IMG/VR virus record: IMGVR_UViG_3300034073_003340 | Location: 124,001 to 188,000 of that record | Direction: 5' to 3' (one strand) | Length of the DNA stretch: 64,000 nucleotides | Shown here: piece after piece, positions 1 through 9,765 of the stretch | Layout of the letters: every line of letters begins with the position of its first letter | Position numbering within the stretch: position 1 is the stretch's first letter | Made by a program: the position numbers and the translations under genes | Notes under the pieces: generated by a model | What the model saw: only the letters and a program-made list of their open reading frames with translations | What the model was told of the DNA's origin: nothing | Databases searched by the model: none

Positions 1-126
1 CTCGGTGCGTTGATCCGTAATCACCTCCTCAGGTATAAAGTATGGCAGGCTCCAGCAAAGCATTGTGCTTCAAGATGTGTCCGAAGACCTGCTTAGAATA
101 CAGGAGATCTTCGGACACGTCATTAT

Positions 127-1646
127 TCACCAACGCTCTTGGATCAGCATTCCTGAAAAGAATCGCTGCCAGATGCGTTCACTAATAAAGGGCATAATAG
201 GATGTATCATGGGCAGAATCATTCGCAAACCTTCCAAGAGAGTCAAGAGAGCTTCGCGATCCCCCGCAAAGATTCGTTCCTTGATATCTTCCATGTAACC
301 GCTACAGAAGTCTTCGAACAAGATCCTATGACATTCTAAGGCAGCTTTGCTGTATTGGTAGTCCTTGTAGAGCTCTTTGAGATGCGTCTGTCGCGCTCTC
401 AGAAGCTCTATGAGCGCGATGTCGCGTTCATGCTTACTCGGATGCTGCGAAGGTTGCCCAATACGCTCCAAATGAATCTGAGCGAACTTAGCAGCATTCC
501 AAAGCTTGGTAGACATTCTTTTGCCAGCTTGGAACTTTTCATCCCATATTTTCATGTCCAGGCCCGGCTGGGTAGCTTCTGCCAACGCAAATCGCATGGC
601 ATCACAACCATACTGGTCAATGATCGTCAGAGGATCAATCCCGTTGCCAAGACTCTTGGACATCTTGCGACCCTGCTTATCCCGCATGATACCATGGAGG
701 TAGATGGTCTTGAATGGCATCTCACCCGTGAGCAAGAGTCCCATCATCAACATTCTGGCACACCAGAAGAACAAGATATCGTCGGCAGTCTCAATCATTT
801 CAGCGGGGTAGAATTTCCGCAGGTCTGGTGTGTCATTGGGCCAACCAAGAGTTGCGAAGGGCCAAAGAGCAGAGGAAAACCAAGTGTCTAGACAGCCTGC
901 TTCGCGTTGGAACCCTTTGGGTCCCTCTTGGCCAATTTGGATCTCTTCTCCCTGCCTCCAGATCGGCAACTTATGACCCCAGCGGATCTGCCTACTAATA
1001 CACCATGGTTCAATATTATTGAGAAAGTGGCGAAGAGTCTTGGCTTCGCTGGCTGGGCGAATTTCCAACTCGTCCTCATCCATTCTATCCAACAACTGCT
1101 TGGCTAGGTCGCGCATGTCTAGATACCATTGATCACCTTGCCTGTAGAGCATTCCTGCCCTATGGCACTTCTCAAGGGCCGTTGTGACCGCTCTTGAATA
1201 GTCCTCATCTAGAGTAAAGGTATAGCGGGACCAATCACATGAAGCGCCTGTTCTACGGATCTGTTGATTGATCTCTCCGCTAAGATTGGCTTTGTATGTT
1301 TCCGCGAAGTCATCAAAGGCAGGACCCATGGGATCCAATCCCTGATCCAACATAAGCTGGTCGAGTTTGTCCTGCGTTGCTAGTCCTGCGTGATCAGTGC
1401 CGGGAAGCCACAAAGCGGCCTTTCCCTGGGAGCGGGCAAAGCGAATAGAGATGTCTTGGAGCGTTGTGAACAACGCATGACCCATATGAAGTTTGCCCGT
1501 GATATTGGGCGGGGGCATGGGGATGAAATAGGGATCATCGCCCTTGGGTCTAAAGGCCCCGACAGTTTCCCACGCGCTGTAGAGCTCTTGCTCTTCAGTG
1601 TTGTGGTCGAAACGCTTGGTTAGTTGCTGACGTCCAACGTGGTCAT
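127..1646 (-). CDS. valS: Minimal valyl-tRNA synthetase (no CP1 editing domain, no C-terminal coiled coil); 5' end frameshifted
   Basis: PPPNITG-HMGH (HIGH), GTDHAG, WCISRQ, DTWFSS and KMSKS motifs in ORF 127..1518. ValRS-like N-terminus (RFDHNTEEQELYSAWETVGAF) continues in frame upstream, but the SD-linked ATG at 1646 is in another frame. Confidence 0.9.
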
Positions 1647-1673
1647 TTTGTTATCCTCCAAATAATCGTACGA

Positions 1674-1681
1674 TATTTATA
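1674..1681 (-). promoter_or_regulatory. T4-type late promoter TATAAATA upstream of valS
   Basis: Exact TATAAATA about 15 nt upstream of GGAGG SD. Confidence 0.6.
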
Positions 1682-1798
1682 CAACGGAGGGGCTCAGTTC
1701 GCAAGAGCAAACCAAGCCCCCTCCTAGAAAGGCTAAATATTACAAACAAAGGCTCAGCTGGGGCCCTTGGAACAGAAACCCCAGCTTCGCTTCAGAAT

Positions 1799-1927
1799 TT
1801 ACCTAGTCTCAACGACAGTGGTGCGTGGACGCTTTTTGGCTTCCTTTAATGGAATGAATTTACCAGTTCCAGCATCTCTCGCACGTTTTGTCTTATTAGG
1901 ATTAGTAGACTTTATTTTCTTTGCCAT
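1799..1927 (-). CDS. 42-aa basic protein (RDAGTGKF...EAKKRPRTTVVET type)
   Basis: Hand-translated MAKKIKSTNPNKTKRARDAGTGKFIPLKEAKKRPRTTVVETR; AAAGG upstream; below the ORF-track cutoff. Confidence 0.7.
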   Translation of the reverse strand: MAKKIKSTNPNKTKRARDAGTGKFIPLKEAKKRPRTTVVETR

Positions 1928-2032
1928 AATATTGGCCTTTCTCTAACCATACTTTCCGAAATGGGAAGTTTCAATGGTTAGCTCGTTTGGGGAGTGTTCT
2001 ATTTTGGAACACTCCCCAAAACCATAAAAGGC

Positions 2033-2785
2033 TTACTTCTTGCGCGCTGGCAGGATGAACTTGTATTCAGCCGACTTGCTGGCCATTGAAATCTGTAATG
2101 CGCCACGCGAAGAGAACTGAAGCTTGAGGTTCTCATCAGCACCCAGCTTGAGGATTGCGAGCACTGGAGCAATACCCCAATGTAGATCACCGCCGAGAGT
2201 GCCCTCGACGTCATCCGCGATGGTCAGGAATGCGCGGTGCATCGACGAACCTTCGTCACCAATGTAGAATCGCAGTTCGTTCTTGCCCTCGACCTCAACG
2301 GTCTTGACCATGAAGAAGTTCTCGAACTGACCATAGAGGCCGGCTAGTGCCTGAAGTTCCTTGAGTTTGCTTGCCGAGGGATCGATTTCAACGTCCCAAG
2401 TGGTGCCCAGGAACTTTGCCTGTTCAGGGATCAGATCCGAAGCCATCAGACGATAAGCACCGCTGCTCTTGCCGTCAGCTGACTTAAAAGAGATTTCCTC
2501 AGGGGTCATCTTGCCATTGCGCTCACGACGCTTGACTTCAATCTTGGCGTCATCGGTCTTGAACAGGGCATAGTTGACTAGACCTTGAAGAAGACCCAAG
2601 TGGCTCATACCAAATTCACCCTTGAGTTCAGGTTCGGCCTTGAGCAGCTGACCCTTGACGATCACAGTGCGCTCATTGTCCATGGCTTCAATGATGGTCT
2701 TGTCATCGTCGCCCGTGATCTTGATAGTATCGATATTGTTGACACCAATAGCATGACGCACAATATCCTGAATAGTTTCACGCAT
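2033..2785 (-). CDS. Sliding clamp (gp45-like)
   Basis: 250 aa, beta-strand-rich clamp-like pattern, C-terminal YKFILPA, next to polB. Confidence 0.65.
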   Translation of the reverse strand: MRETIQDIVRHAIGVNNIDTIKITGDDDKTIIEAMDNERTVIVKGQLLKAEPELKGEFGMSHLGLLQGLVNYALFKTDDAKIEVKRRERNGKMTPEEISFKSADGKSSGAYRLMASDLIPEQAKFLGTTWDVEIDPSASKLKELQALAGLYGQFENFFMVKTVEVEGKNELRFYIGDEGSSMHRAFLTIADDVEGTLGGDLHWGIAPVLAILKLGADENLKLQFSSRGALQISMASKSAEYKFILPARKK

Positions 2786-2853
2786 ATTAATATGCTCCTT
2801 TTCGTTTCTTGTTACCAGTTTTACATGAATTCTGGTGAAATATCAATAATTGG

Positions 2854-3162
2854 TTAAATCACCCGGATTTCACACTGGCCCTTGCCAATTGGTGAATTAC
2901 CATTGGTAAAAACAGCTACTTCGTAGCCTTCACATTCCACTGAACTGGCAAACTTGTGAAAATCTTCTACCTTGGATTCTGGGATGATCCAGTTGGCTGC
3001 TTTCTTACCGTTATTGACAGCAATCATATAACCAGCATAGGTGAGCTCTGGAAATTGAGCAAACAGGAGTTCTCCCGTTCGACGCTCACTTGTCTTGAGC
3101 TCTTCGCGGGTTGGGCCCTTGGTCTTGTTAATCAGGAGAACTCTGTTCATTTTATTCCTCAA
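2854..3162 (-). CDS. Hypothetical protein
   Basis: ORF overlapping polB stop. Confidence 0.6.
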   Translation of the reverse strand: MRNKMNRVLLINKTKGPTREELKTSERRTGELLFAQFPELTYAGYMIAVNNGKKAANWIIPESKVEDFHKFASSVECEGYEVAVFTNGNSPIGKGQCEIRVI

Positions 3163-6146
3163 AAGCTGAATAGATCATTGAAAGTGGTGTCTTCTCGAGT
3201 GGCACTTAAATCCCACTTCAACACACCTATAAGATTCGAGACCTTTTTATCAATAATTGTTTCTTCCATCAGCTCATTATCAAAAGGCAGTTCCTTATAC
3301 CACTGAGGTAGATGCGGTTCATCAAAGGGATAGGCAACGCTATCCATCTTCAGAGGATTGGGCTTGAGCTTACAAACGATAACCTTCTGTCCGTCAGTAA
3401 TCTCCATGCTGAATCTGTCACCATACATTTCTCGCAAGGTATTCCAGTTCATTGCTGCGCGAACATGACCAGGGACCATGACCTTTTCCTTGGTCCCACT
3501 CTTCATGATATCCTTGCCATCGCCTTCTTGAATACGACTCATATAACCTGTGATACCATTGACCTTCTTTGGTGTTCCCTTGAGCCAGCCGTCTAGTGCC
3601 CTGAATTCCACTCGGAAATCTTTGATCATCTGGATGATTGTTTCCTTGGTACCACCATCCAACAAAGTTGTAATGATCTTTTCCAAGAATTCCTGCATCA
3701 TCTTTGGAGTGTCAGCGCGCTTGAGATCCAAACCAACTGCTTTGACCTTACCTGGCTTACCGTTAACATCTAGGCGGACGTTATCCTTGTCATACATCAA
3801 AAGAGCATAACGTTTCTTGGTGATAAACAAGCCACGACTCGCGATGAGCTCTCGACCTGCTTTGATAATTGCCCCTCTCTCAAGACCAGTATTGAACGCC
3901 ATATCCATGAATGGAGGAAAGCTTTCATTTACCGCTTCACCAATGCCATCATAAAGTTCGACCATTCGGTCTCGGTTTTGGAGCATTGGTGCCAGCTCAG
4001 GATCCGCTTCCAACATATCAACTGCGGTGAAATAAACCGAGTCAGTATCGTTGTAGAGGATCGCATCACCACGGACGTCGTAAACCCCTGTGATGATTTC
4101 ATTGGTCTTGCTGCTCATGTGTTTGGTAATTGAGCGACCCGACAGTGTAACTGACTGACCAATACGCGCATCGTAAAATCTACAACCTTCGTTGAGCAAA
4201 GCACCATAAAGAGAGTTCAGAAGAATTTTACGCGCTTGCTGTCGCTGGTTCCAAAATACTTCATGGCTTTTGGCTTCTTTTACAAAATCCGGTTCAATGA
4301 AGATACGGTCATCTTCAATACGGATAGCCTTGTCAGCAACTAGAAAATCAATCGCATCTTTGTCTCCTGATTTGATGAAATCAGGCAAATTAGCAAGATC
4401 TGCGCTATTTCTACCAGGCATGGCCCCAGTGGAAAACTTTTCCCAGTCGACCTTGAATCCTTTTACTTGAGCCGCAGCTTCAGAGAATACAGTTTCTTTG
4501 AACTGCATCTGCTTTCTCTGGGAATACCACTTGCCCAAGAGACCAGGAATAACTGCTTCTACGTCAGTTCGGAAGATTGTTCCGTTGGCAGTGATACAAT
4601 ATGGATTACCCTGAAGAAAGATGTATTCGTAGAGTTGTTCACCCGTGACTTCAATGCTCTGACCTTCTTCAAAGTCAACAACCATTGATTCCTGACTCTT
4701 GGTAGCAACCATGTCATACTCAAGGGTCGCAAATAGTCCTTCCCAACATTCAGGTCCGGGAATACCCTTGGCAAGTCTGGAGTCAATCAAAGCATTAGTG
4801 CGGTCCAGTCTTATCTGGCCCACCAGGGTCTCAGGACCCATGTTGAGGGCTCTCAGGGCAGATGGATACAGCGAGTTGATATCGCAACACGCGATTTCTC
4901 TATGGATGCCAATTTTCGGCTTAGCAACATACGCACCAACCACTGGTCGCTTTTCACCAGTATTCCTGAAAGGACGCGGACCATCATCTTCCTCATTCCA
5001 ATCATCCTCGTCATCATCCATATTGACGTCAAAGTCTGGACGTTTGCGATTAGGAACACACATACCACGCTGATGTGCTTCGTTGATGATTGCTTGCTCA
5101 ATTAGAGCAACTGATCCCATGGTTGTGGGCAGAAGAACGGTATTAGTATGGGCAATCTGGTTTGCTAGTTCGATAAAACGCTTTTTGGCGTCAATCTTCT
5201 GTAGGAGCGCAGTATCCTGGCGGTTATATTCCAGGAACTTACGAAAGTCTCGTTTGTAGAGGTTATCCAGAGTTCCGCTATATGGTGTCTTGTTTTCACC
5301 TACCTCAATTTCACCCACATAATCAAGTCGATAGCTGTGGAGTTCCTGTGGATTGTGCTTTTTGTAGAGTTCCAGATAGTCTAGATGAATACGTCCAATT
5401 AGCTCGTAAGTTTCCTGTTCCTTCTTGAACTGGATATACTTCTTGCGCTTGGGACGCTGGTTCCACAAACAAAGTTTCTTGGTATAATCCTTACCCATGA
5501 GCCGCTCAATACGGTTCACCACATAGGGAATATCGAAACCTTTGCTGTTCCAACCTGAGAGGACGTCGCAGTCCTCAATCAAGTCCAGGAACATAGTGAG
5601 GAGTTCAACCTCATCGTTACACAGATAAGTGTTGGGAAGACTTCTGCAGATCTCGTCAGCAGCTTCCCAAGTGAGGTGGTCCTTGTCGACCACAGGCAAG
5701 TTAGGCTTCAAACATACCGTGTAAAGTGTATCATCACTGGTACGATGGACTGAGATAGCCGTAATGGCACTGAATGGATCCCATGGACTCGCAAAACCTC
5801 GCTGTGGATCAAAGTCCACCTCAATATCGAAAAATCCAATATTCAGAACGGGAGATTCTACACCGAGGTAATTTTCTTCCAGACAGCGAAAAACAGGATT
5901 GATATCGCTTTCATAGGTGCGACGACCGCTTTGAAGCTTCAACTCACGCTGGAACGCTTTATTAGAGGTAAAGCTACTTTTGGATACAGGGCGACCCCAC
6001 ATATCCTTGAAACGACCACCACGAGCATCTTCATAATAGAACACATAGTTGGCGGGCAGAGATTTGAAAATTCTCTGACCATTAACGCGCTCTACGATAA
6101 GAATCTCATCCTTTTCTTTGTCATGCAGGGCATCAACGTAGGACAT
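3159..6146 (-). CDS. Family B DNA polymerase (gp43-like) with 3'-5' exonuclease
   Basis: FDIEV, WNSKGFD, YNRQD exo motifs; DINSLYPS, KILLNSLYG, YNDTDS, KKRY polymerase motifs; clamp-binding-like C-terminus NDLFSF. Confidence 0.97.
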   Translation of the reverse strand: MSYVDALHDKEKDEILIVERVNGQRIFKSLPANYVFYYEDARGGRFKDMWGRPVSKSSFTSNKAFQRELKLQSGRRTYESDINPVFRCLEENYLGVESPVLNIGFFDIEVDFDPQRGFASPWDPFSAITAISVHRTSDDTLYTVCLKPNLPVVDKDHLTWEAADEICRSLPNTYLCNDEVELLTMFLDLIEDCDVLSGWNSKGFDIPYVVNRIERLMGKDYTKKLCLWNQRPKRKKYIQFKKEQETYELIGRIHLDYLELYKKHNPQELHSYRLDYVGEIEVGENKTPYSGTLDNLYKRDFRKFLEYNRQDTALLQKIDAKKRFIELANQIAHTNTVLLPTTMGSVALIEQAIINEAHQRGMCVPNRKRPDFDVNMDDDEDDWNEEDDGPRPFRNTGEKRPVVGAYVAKPKIGIHREIACCDINSLYPSALRALNMGPETLVGQIRLDRTNALIDSRLAKGIPGPECWEGLFATLEYDMVATKSQESMVVDFEEGQSIEVTGEQLYEYIFLQGNPYCITANGTIFRTDVEAVIPGLLGKWYSQRKQMQFKETVFSEAAAQVKGFKVDWEKFSTGAMPGRNSADLANLPDFIKSGDKDAIDFLVADKAIRIEDDRIFIEPDFVKEAKSHEVFWNQRQQARKILLNSLYGALLNEGCRFYDARIGQSVTLSGRSITKHMSSKTNEIITGVYDVRGDAILYNDTDSVYFTAVDMLEADPELAPMLQNRDRMVELYDGIGEAVNESFPPFMDMAFNTGLERGAIIKAGRELIASRGLFITKKRYALLMYDKDNVRLDVNGKPGKVKAVGLDLKRADTPKMMQEFLEKIITTLLDGGTKETIIQMIKDFRVEFRALDGWLKGTPKKVNGITGYMSRIQEGDGKDIMKSGTKEKVMVPGHVRAAMNWNTLREMYGDRFSMEITDGQKVIVCKLKPNPLKMDSVAYPFDEPHLPQWYKELPFDNELMEETIIDKKVSNLIGVLKWDLSATREDTTFNDLFSF

Positions 6147-6184
6147 GGATTCTCCTTATTATTTTGTTTTATGGATATATTTTA

Positions 6185-6469
6185 TCATAACACCAGAATA
6201 GAGAGACCTACAATATTCAGGACGGTGTTAAAGGCCATGAGCACAAACATCCAAGATGCTTGGCGCATATAAGCCCCGATCATAATCATTGAACTGCCAA
6301 TAAACCAAAGGGTATAGCAGAGCAGCATTGGAGGCATCGCGGCTCCAAAGCTCATTATGGCGGTTGCCATAATGCTAAAAGCAGTACCTAAAAATTCAAA
6401 CCAGAACATCCGACGATTGTTTTCCCAATCGTTTTTCCAGTGATTGATCACGTCTTTTATGATTTTCAT
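6185..6469 (-). CDS. Small membrane protein (3 hydrophobic segments)
   Basis: Hydrophobic stretches, operon position. Confidence 0.65.
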   Translation of the reverse strand: MKIIKDVINHWKNDWENNRRMFWFEFLGTAFSIMATAIMSFGAAMPPMLLCYTLWFIGSSMIMIGAYMRQASWMFVLMAFNTVLNIVGLSILVL

Positions 6470-6483
6470 GGTTTGCTCGTGAT

Positions 6484-6510
6484 TATGGGGAGGGACAAAC
6501 CCTCCCCATA
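6484..6510 (-). terminator. Hairpin downstream of DsbA-like gene
   Basis: TATGGGGAGGG/CCCTCCCCATA 11-bp stem. Confidence 0.55.
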
Positions 6511-6517
6511 TCTTATA

Positions 6518-6775
6518 TTAGGCGCGACCAACAGCGGCAAGAATTTCTTCTACCTCATTGACAGCTTCCTTGTCAGCTTCAAGCGATGCCTTGTAAGCAG
6601 CCTTAATAGCTTTGTTGATGGCAGCTGGCTTCAGATTTAGTTCTTCAGCAACTGCCTTGACTACATCCTTGAAGCCTGCCTTGAGGTCATCAACTTCCTG
6701 TGTGATCTTGAGACCTTCGTCGATAACGCGCTTGAGCTTCTTGGTATCTTCGGTGGTCAGGTTAGTGGTGCTCAT
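6518..6775 (-). CDS. T4 DsbA/GapR-like dsDNA-binding protein
   Basis: LKRVIDE...DLKAGFKDVVKAVAEELNLKPAAINKAIK helical pattern; GGAG SD before ATG 6775. Confidence 0.6.
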   Translation of the reverse strand: MSTTNLTTEDTKKLKRVIDEGLKITQEVDDLKAGFKDVVKAVAEELNLKPAAINKAIKAAYKASLEADKEAVNEVEEILAAVGRA

Positions 6776-6835
6776 ATTGTTCTCCATAATGAACGTTTGT
6801 GAGTTCACTATGAACAACCTGGTGTTATCTTGTCA

Positions 6836-7594
6836 TTATTTCCAACGCTTGACTATATGAACCGAACGAGCCGAAGAATCAGAGAACGGATCTAAGGACT
6901 TGATATCCATTTGCGCATCCTTGTGTAGCGCACGATAGCTCATCTCATGAGCGAGCTTCTCTGGGAGCGGAAGACCCTCTTTTTTAGCAAGTTTAGTCGC
7001 TAGTTTGTGATCGGCTTCTTCTCTAGCTAGCTCAAGATCCAAATCATCATCTAGGATTTCCTTGTCACTATTGGATGGAATAGCTGCCATGTTTTTTGAA
7101 GCAATAAAATCCAATACCTTGCTGTAGTCTTCTATGTTGTCAAAACAGATACATGCCACAGTTCTCGTTTCGCGATTGATAAAATCCCAACGACGTTTCA
7201 GGGCTTCATGAGCTTCTCGAACCTGATCTGGAGTCATAAAGGTCACACTGGTTGTCCCACGATTTACCCAGGGTATACCCTTATACATCAAGACACCCAT
7301 AGCTGTTTCCAGTTCTTCCTCGGAATCAAACTCAATTGTGTTATTGAGTTCGTCACTGGAATCTATGATATGCTCAACATTTGAATCATCTGACTCGTCT
7401 TCAATAACTGGCTTAGCTTTGGGCTTTGGAGCCTTCTTTACTCTAGCGGTCAACTCTGAGGTTTCAACAGAATCCAACTCCATTTCTGCTGAAACTTCAC
7501 TTATGGCCTCGTCAATGTTAACGCCGGTGATTGTCTTCTCTGCGACGCGGAACGAAGCCTCGGCGAGAAGAGTTTCGAAAATCAATTTGTTCAT
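6836..7594 (-). CDS. Acidic hypothetical late protein
   Basis: 252-aa ORF with TAAATA promoter and GGAGG SD. Confidence 0.7.
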   Translation of the reverse strand: MNKLIFETLLAEASFRVAEKTITGVNIDEAISEVSAEMELDSVETSELTARVKKAPKPKAKPVIEDESDDSNVEHIIDSSDELNNTIEFDSEEELETAMGVLMYKGIPWVNRGTTSVTFMTPDQVREAHEALKRRWDFINRETRTVACICFDNIEDYSKVLDFIASKNMAAIPSNSDKEILDDDLDLELAREEADHKLATKLAKKEGLPLPEKLAHEMSYRALHKDAQMDIKSLDPFSDSSARSVHIVKRWK

Positions 7595-7620
7595 GGGGAA
7601 CCTCCTGAGGTTTCCCCTAT

Positions 7621-7869
7621 TTATTGGATATCAGGGGCTTGATCTGAAAAGCGCAATTTAAAGAGCGCAGCGTCGCGTGGGTCAGCAAACCACACGCCTG
7701 TTTCATGAGGATGACAATCATGATTGATTGCGGCCTTCATCCAAGGATCTACTTCGTCATCCCACCAGATGGCCAGCATATTCTTTTGGGGCTCACTTAG
7801 TAATTGTGGTAGTCCGATATCTTCCCAAAAGATAGTAACACTTCTGAGCTGTACAACAATCGGATCCAT
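7621..7869 (-). CDS. FKLxWG-family protein
   Basis: VWFADPRDAALFKLRF; TAATG overlap with previous gene. Confidence 0.75.
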   Translation of the reverse strand: MDPIVVQLRSVTIFWEDIGLPQLLSEPQKNMLAIWWDDEVDPWMKAAINHDCHPHETGVWFADPRDAALFKLRFSDQAPDIQ

Positions 7870-8354
7870 TATCCCCAAGCCAACTTGAAGAATGCGGCAT
7901 CACCTTTGCGGAGAAAACGATAACGATATGGGTTTACTATGACCCAACGGCCTTTGGCACAATTGTCTGCCCAGTGGGCTATTGAATGTCTAATAGCCTC
8001 TGCTGATTCACCCTGTCGTTCCTGGTCCAATATCTTATCACGATTGACCTTGACATCATATCCAGTCATCATGGCCCACCAGTTTGTCATTGAGCCATAT
8101 CTAGCATACATGAATATCAACCATACCTGAAGTGGCGGAGCCAGCTTAGACATCTGCCACCAGATATCATTACCTGTTGATACCACCAGTATCAAGGGAA
8201 TAGCAAGACATCCAGTCAGGACAATGTTGAGACTTACAAGAAATTGTTGGAAATTCAGTCCACGTTGAATCCGCTTACTGTCATAAAACAGCGCCGATGC
8301 TTTTGGCTCGTTCGTATAATTGACGTGACGCAATTTGTTTTCCTTTTGCCTCAA
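7869..8354 (-). CDS. FKLxWG-family protein with N-terminal TM segments (start uncertain)
   Basis: YRFLRKGDAAFFKLAWG C-terminus. Confidence 0.7.
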   Translation of the reverse strand: MRQKENKLRHVNYTNEPKASALFYDSKRIQRGLNFQQFLVSLNIVLTGCLAIPLILVVSTGNDIWWQMSKLAPPLQVWLIFMYARYGSMTNWWAMMTGYDVKVNRDKILDQERQGESAEAIRHSIAHWADNCAKGRWVIVNPYRYRFLRKGDAAFFKLAWG

Positions 8355-9318
8355 CCTCTAGATCGGTCCAGATCAGATGACTGATAGCCCAATCATTGGA
8401 TCCCTGATTCCAGCAACCATAGCTATGAGCTCTAAGCTTACTAGGCTTGTAATTTTCTTCTCTGAGCACTTTATAGTCAGGTCGGGTGACTGAGCAAGCG
8501 TCTTCTAGCAAAGTCTCAGAACTTGTACTGAAATGACCAAGAGGTCGAATACCTCTCCATGACTCTTTTACCTTGTCAATTCGTGGATCAGAGGGCTGGA
8601 TATATTCACCGTTAGATTGAACCCAGTGATGATGGATATCAAGAATGATCGGAACTACTGAATGTAGACCAGCAGATATCATTGAGTCCAAAGAGCAGCC
8701 AAACTCATCATTCTCAATGGTCAGAAGATTGCGTAAAGTTGGGGATAATCTATTTTGAATTGTGCTCTTAAGTTGAACTAGATCTGGATCTAGATTGTTG
8801 TTGGCATGGATATTGATAGCAAAACCCTGCGTATGCCAATCAGCACCATAGCCCATTGATTGTGCCAGATAGCCATGGTATTCCAGATCTATAATGCTGT
8901 TGTCCACCACATCAGACCTTTGACTACAAAGTGTGGTGAATTGGCCCGGATGGGTACAAAGTCGTATCCCATGGATAGAAGCAAAGTTACTGGTATTCTT
9001 TAAGCCATTTTCAATGAGATTTTTCACATCGGAATGCCCATACACCCAAGCAAACTCAGTTACAGTAAAGGCAGGTAGAAAGTCACTAGTAATGCGAAAC
9101 AGACGCATTGCTTCCGGCTGTTTGGAAAGCCATTCCAACTGACGATTAAGAGCTTTGATATTGTGATCAACAAGACCATAGAGCTTGTCATAGACCTGCT
9201 CTTTTGTCATTTTGCGCAAAGCTGTAAGCGTCGTAGACGCTTGGTTCATAGAAGCTTTGAGGGTCTTATCGTCAGTTTCAAACTTACAACAGAAACCAAT
9301 GCGAGGAAATGTGTTCAT
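8281..9318 (-). CDS. uvsE: UV damage endonuclease (UvsE/UVDE)
   Basis: RIGFCC, LFRITS, HPGQF, LTIENDE, LDIHHH, RAHS, EVEAKGK motifs. Confidence 0.92.
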   Translation of the reverse strand: MNTFPRIGFCCKFETDDKTLKASMNQASTTLTALRKMTKEQVYDKLYGLVDHNIKALNRQLEWLSKQPEAMRLFRITSDFLPAFTVTEFAWVYGHSDVKNLIENGLKNTSNFASIHGIRLCTHPGQFTTLCSQRSDVVDNSIIDLEYHGYLAQSMGYGADWHTQGFAINIHANNNLDPDLVQLKSTIQNRLSPTLRNLLTIENDEFGCSLDSMISAGLHSVVPIILDIHHHWVQSNGEYIQPSDPRIDKVKESWRGIRPLGHFSTSSETLLEDACSVTRPDYKVLREENYKPSKLRAHSYGCWNQGSNDWAISHLIWTDLEVEAKGKQIASRQLYERAKSIGAVL

Positions 9319-9360
9319 ACCGCTACTTAGCGGTATGAATCACCTAAATCAACACCTAAT

Positions 9361-9765
9361 TTACCAGCGGGCAACAACCTGGATATCAATAATCTCGCCA
9401 AACTCGGTAGTCACTGTGCCAACCATATGCTTGCGATTGTCCATCCAGAAATCGTTTTCATACTCTCGCACCTCACGATTGGTTCCGCCGAGAGAATTAC
9501 CCTCTGCGTCGTGAGTGGGACGATGAGTTGAAATTCGGGTCCAGTTCGCTGGGTCCAAGAGTGCGGGCCAGTAAACGGTAGTCATCTCATTTGACTGGTC
9601 CTTGTTTACGATGTTGAACTGATTTCGCACAATCTCAGGCTCTGTACGAATCTTTTCGATCAGTGCTTGGAGACAATCCTGGGACGAGAATCGCTTCTCA
9701 CCCGGATCGCGGAATGCTGGCACCAGTCCGATGCCAGCAATGGGATTAAATCCACCGTTACTCAT
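9361..9765 (-). CDS. Hypothetical protein
   Basis: ORF coupled to ligase by TAATG overlap. Confidence 0.6.
   Translation of the reverse strand: MSNGGFNPIAGIGLVPAFRDPGEKRFSSQDCLQALIEKIRTEPEIVRNQFNIVNKDQSNEMTTVYWPALLDPANWTRISTHRPTHDAEGNSLGGTNREVREYENDFWMDNRKHMVGTVTTEFGEIIDIQVVARW

Noticed and set aside
1686-1786. Two hairpins upstream of valS as a T-box riboswitch
   Set aside because: No T-box (GGTGGNACC) or specifier loop, and the valS late promoter lies downstream of them; likely terminators.
4240-4500. Insertion in PolB fingers as an intein
   Set aside because: Too short and lacks C/S...HN splice motifs; long fingers are normal in gp43-type enzymes.
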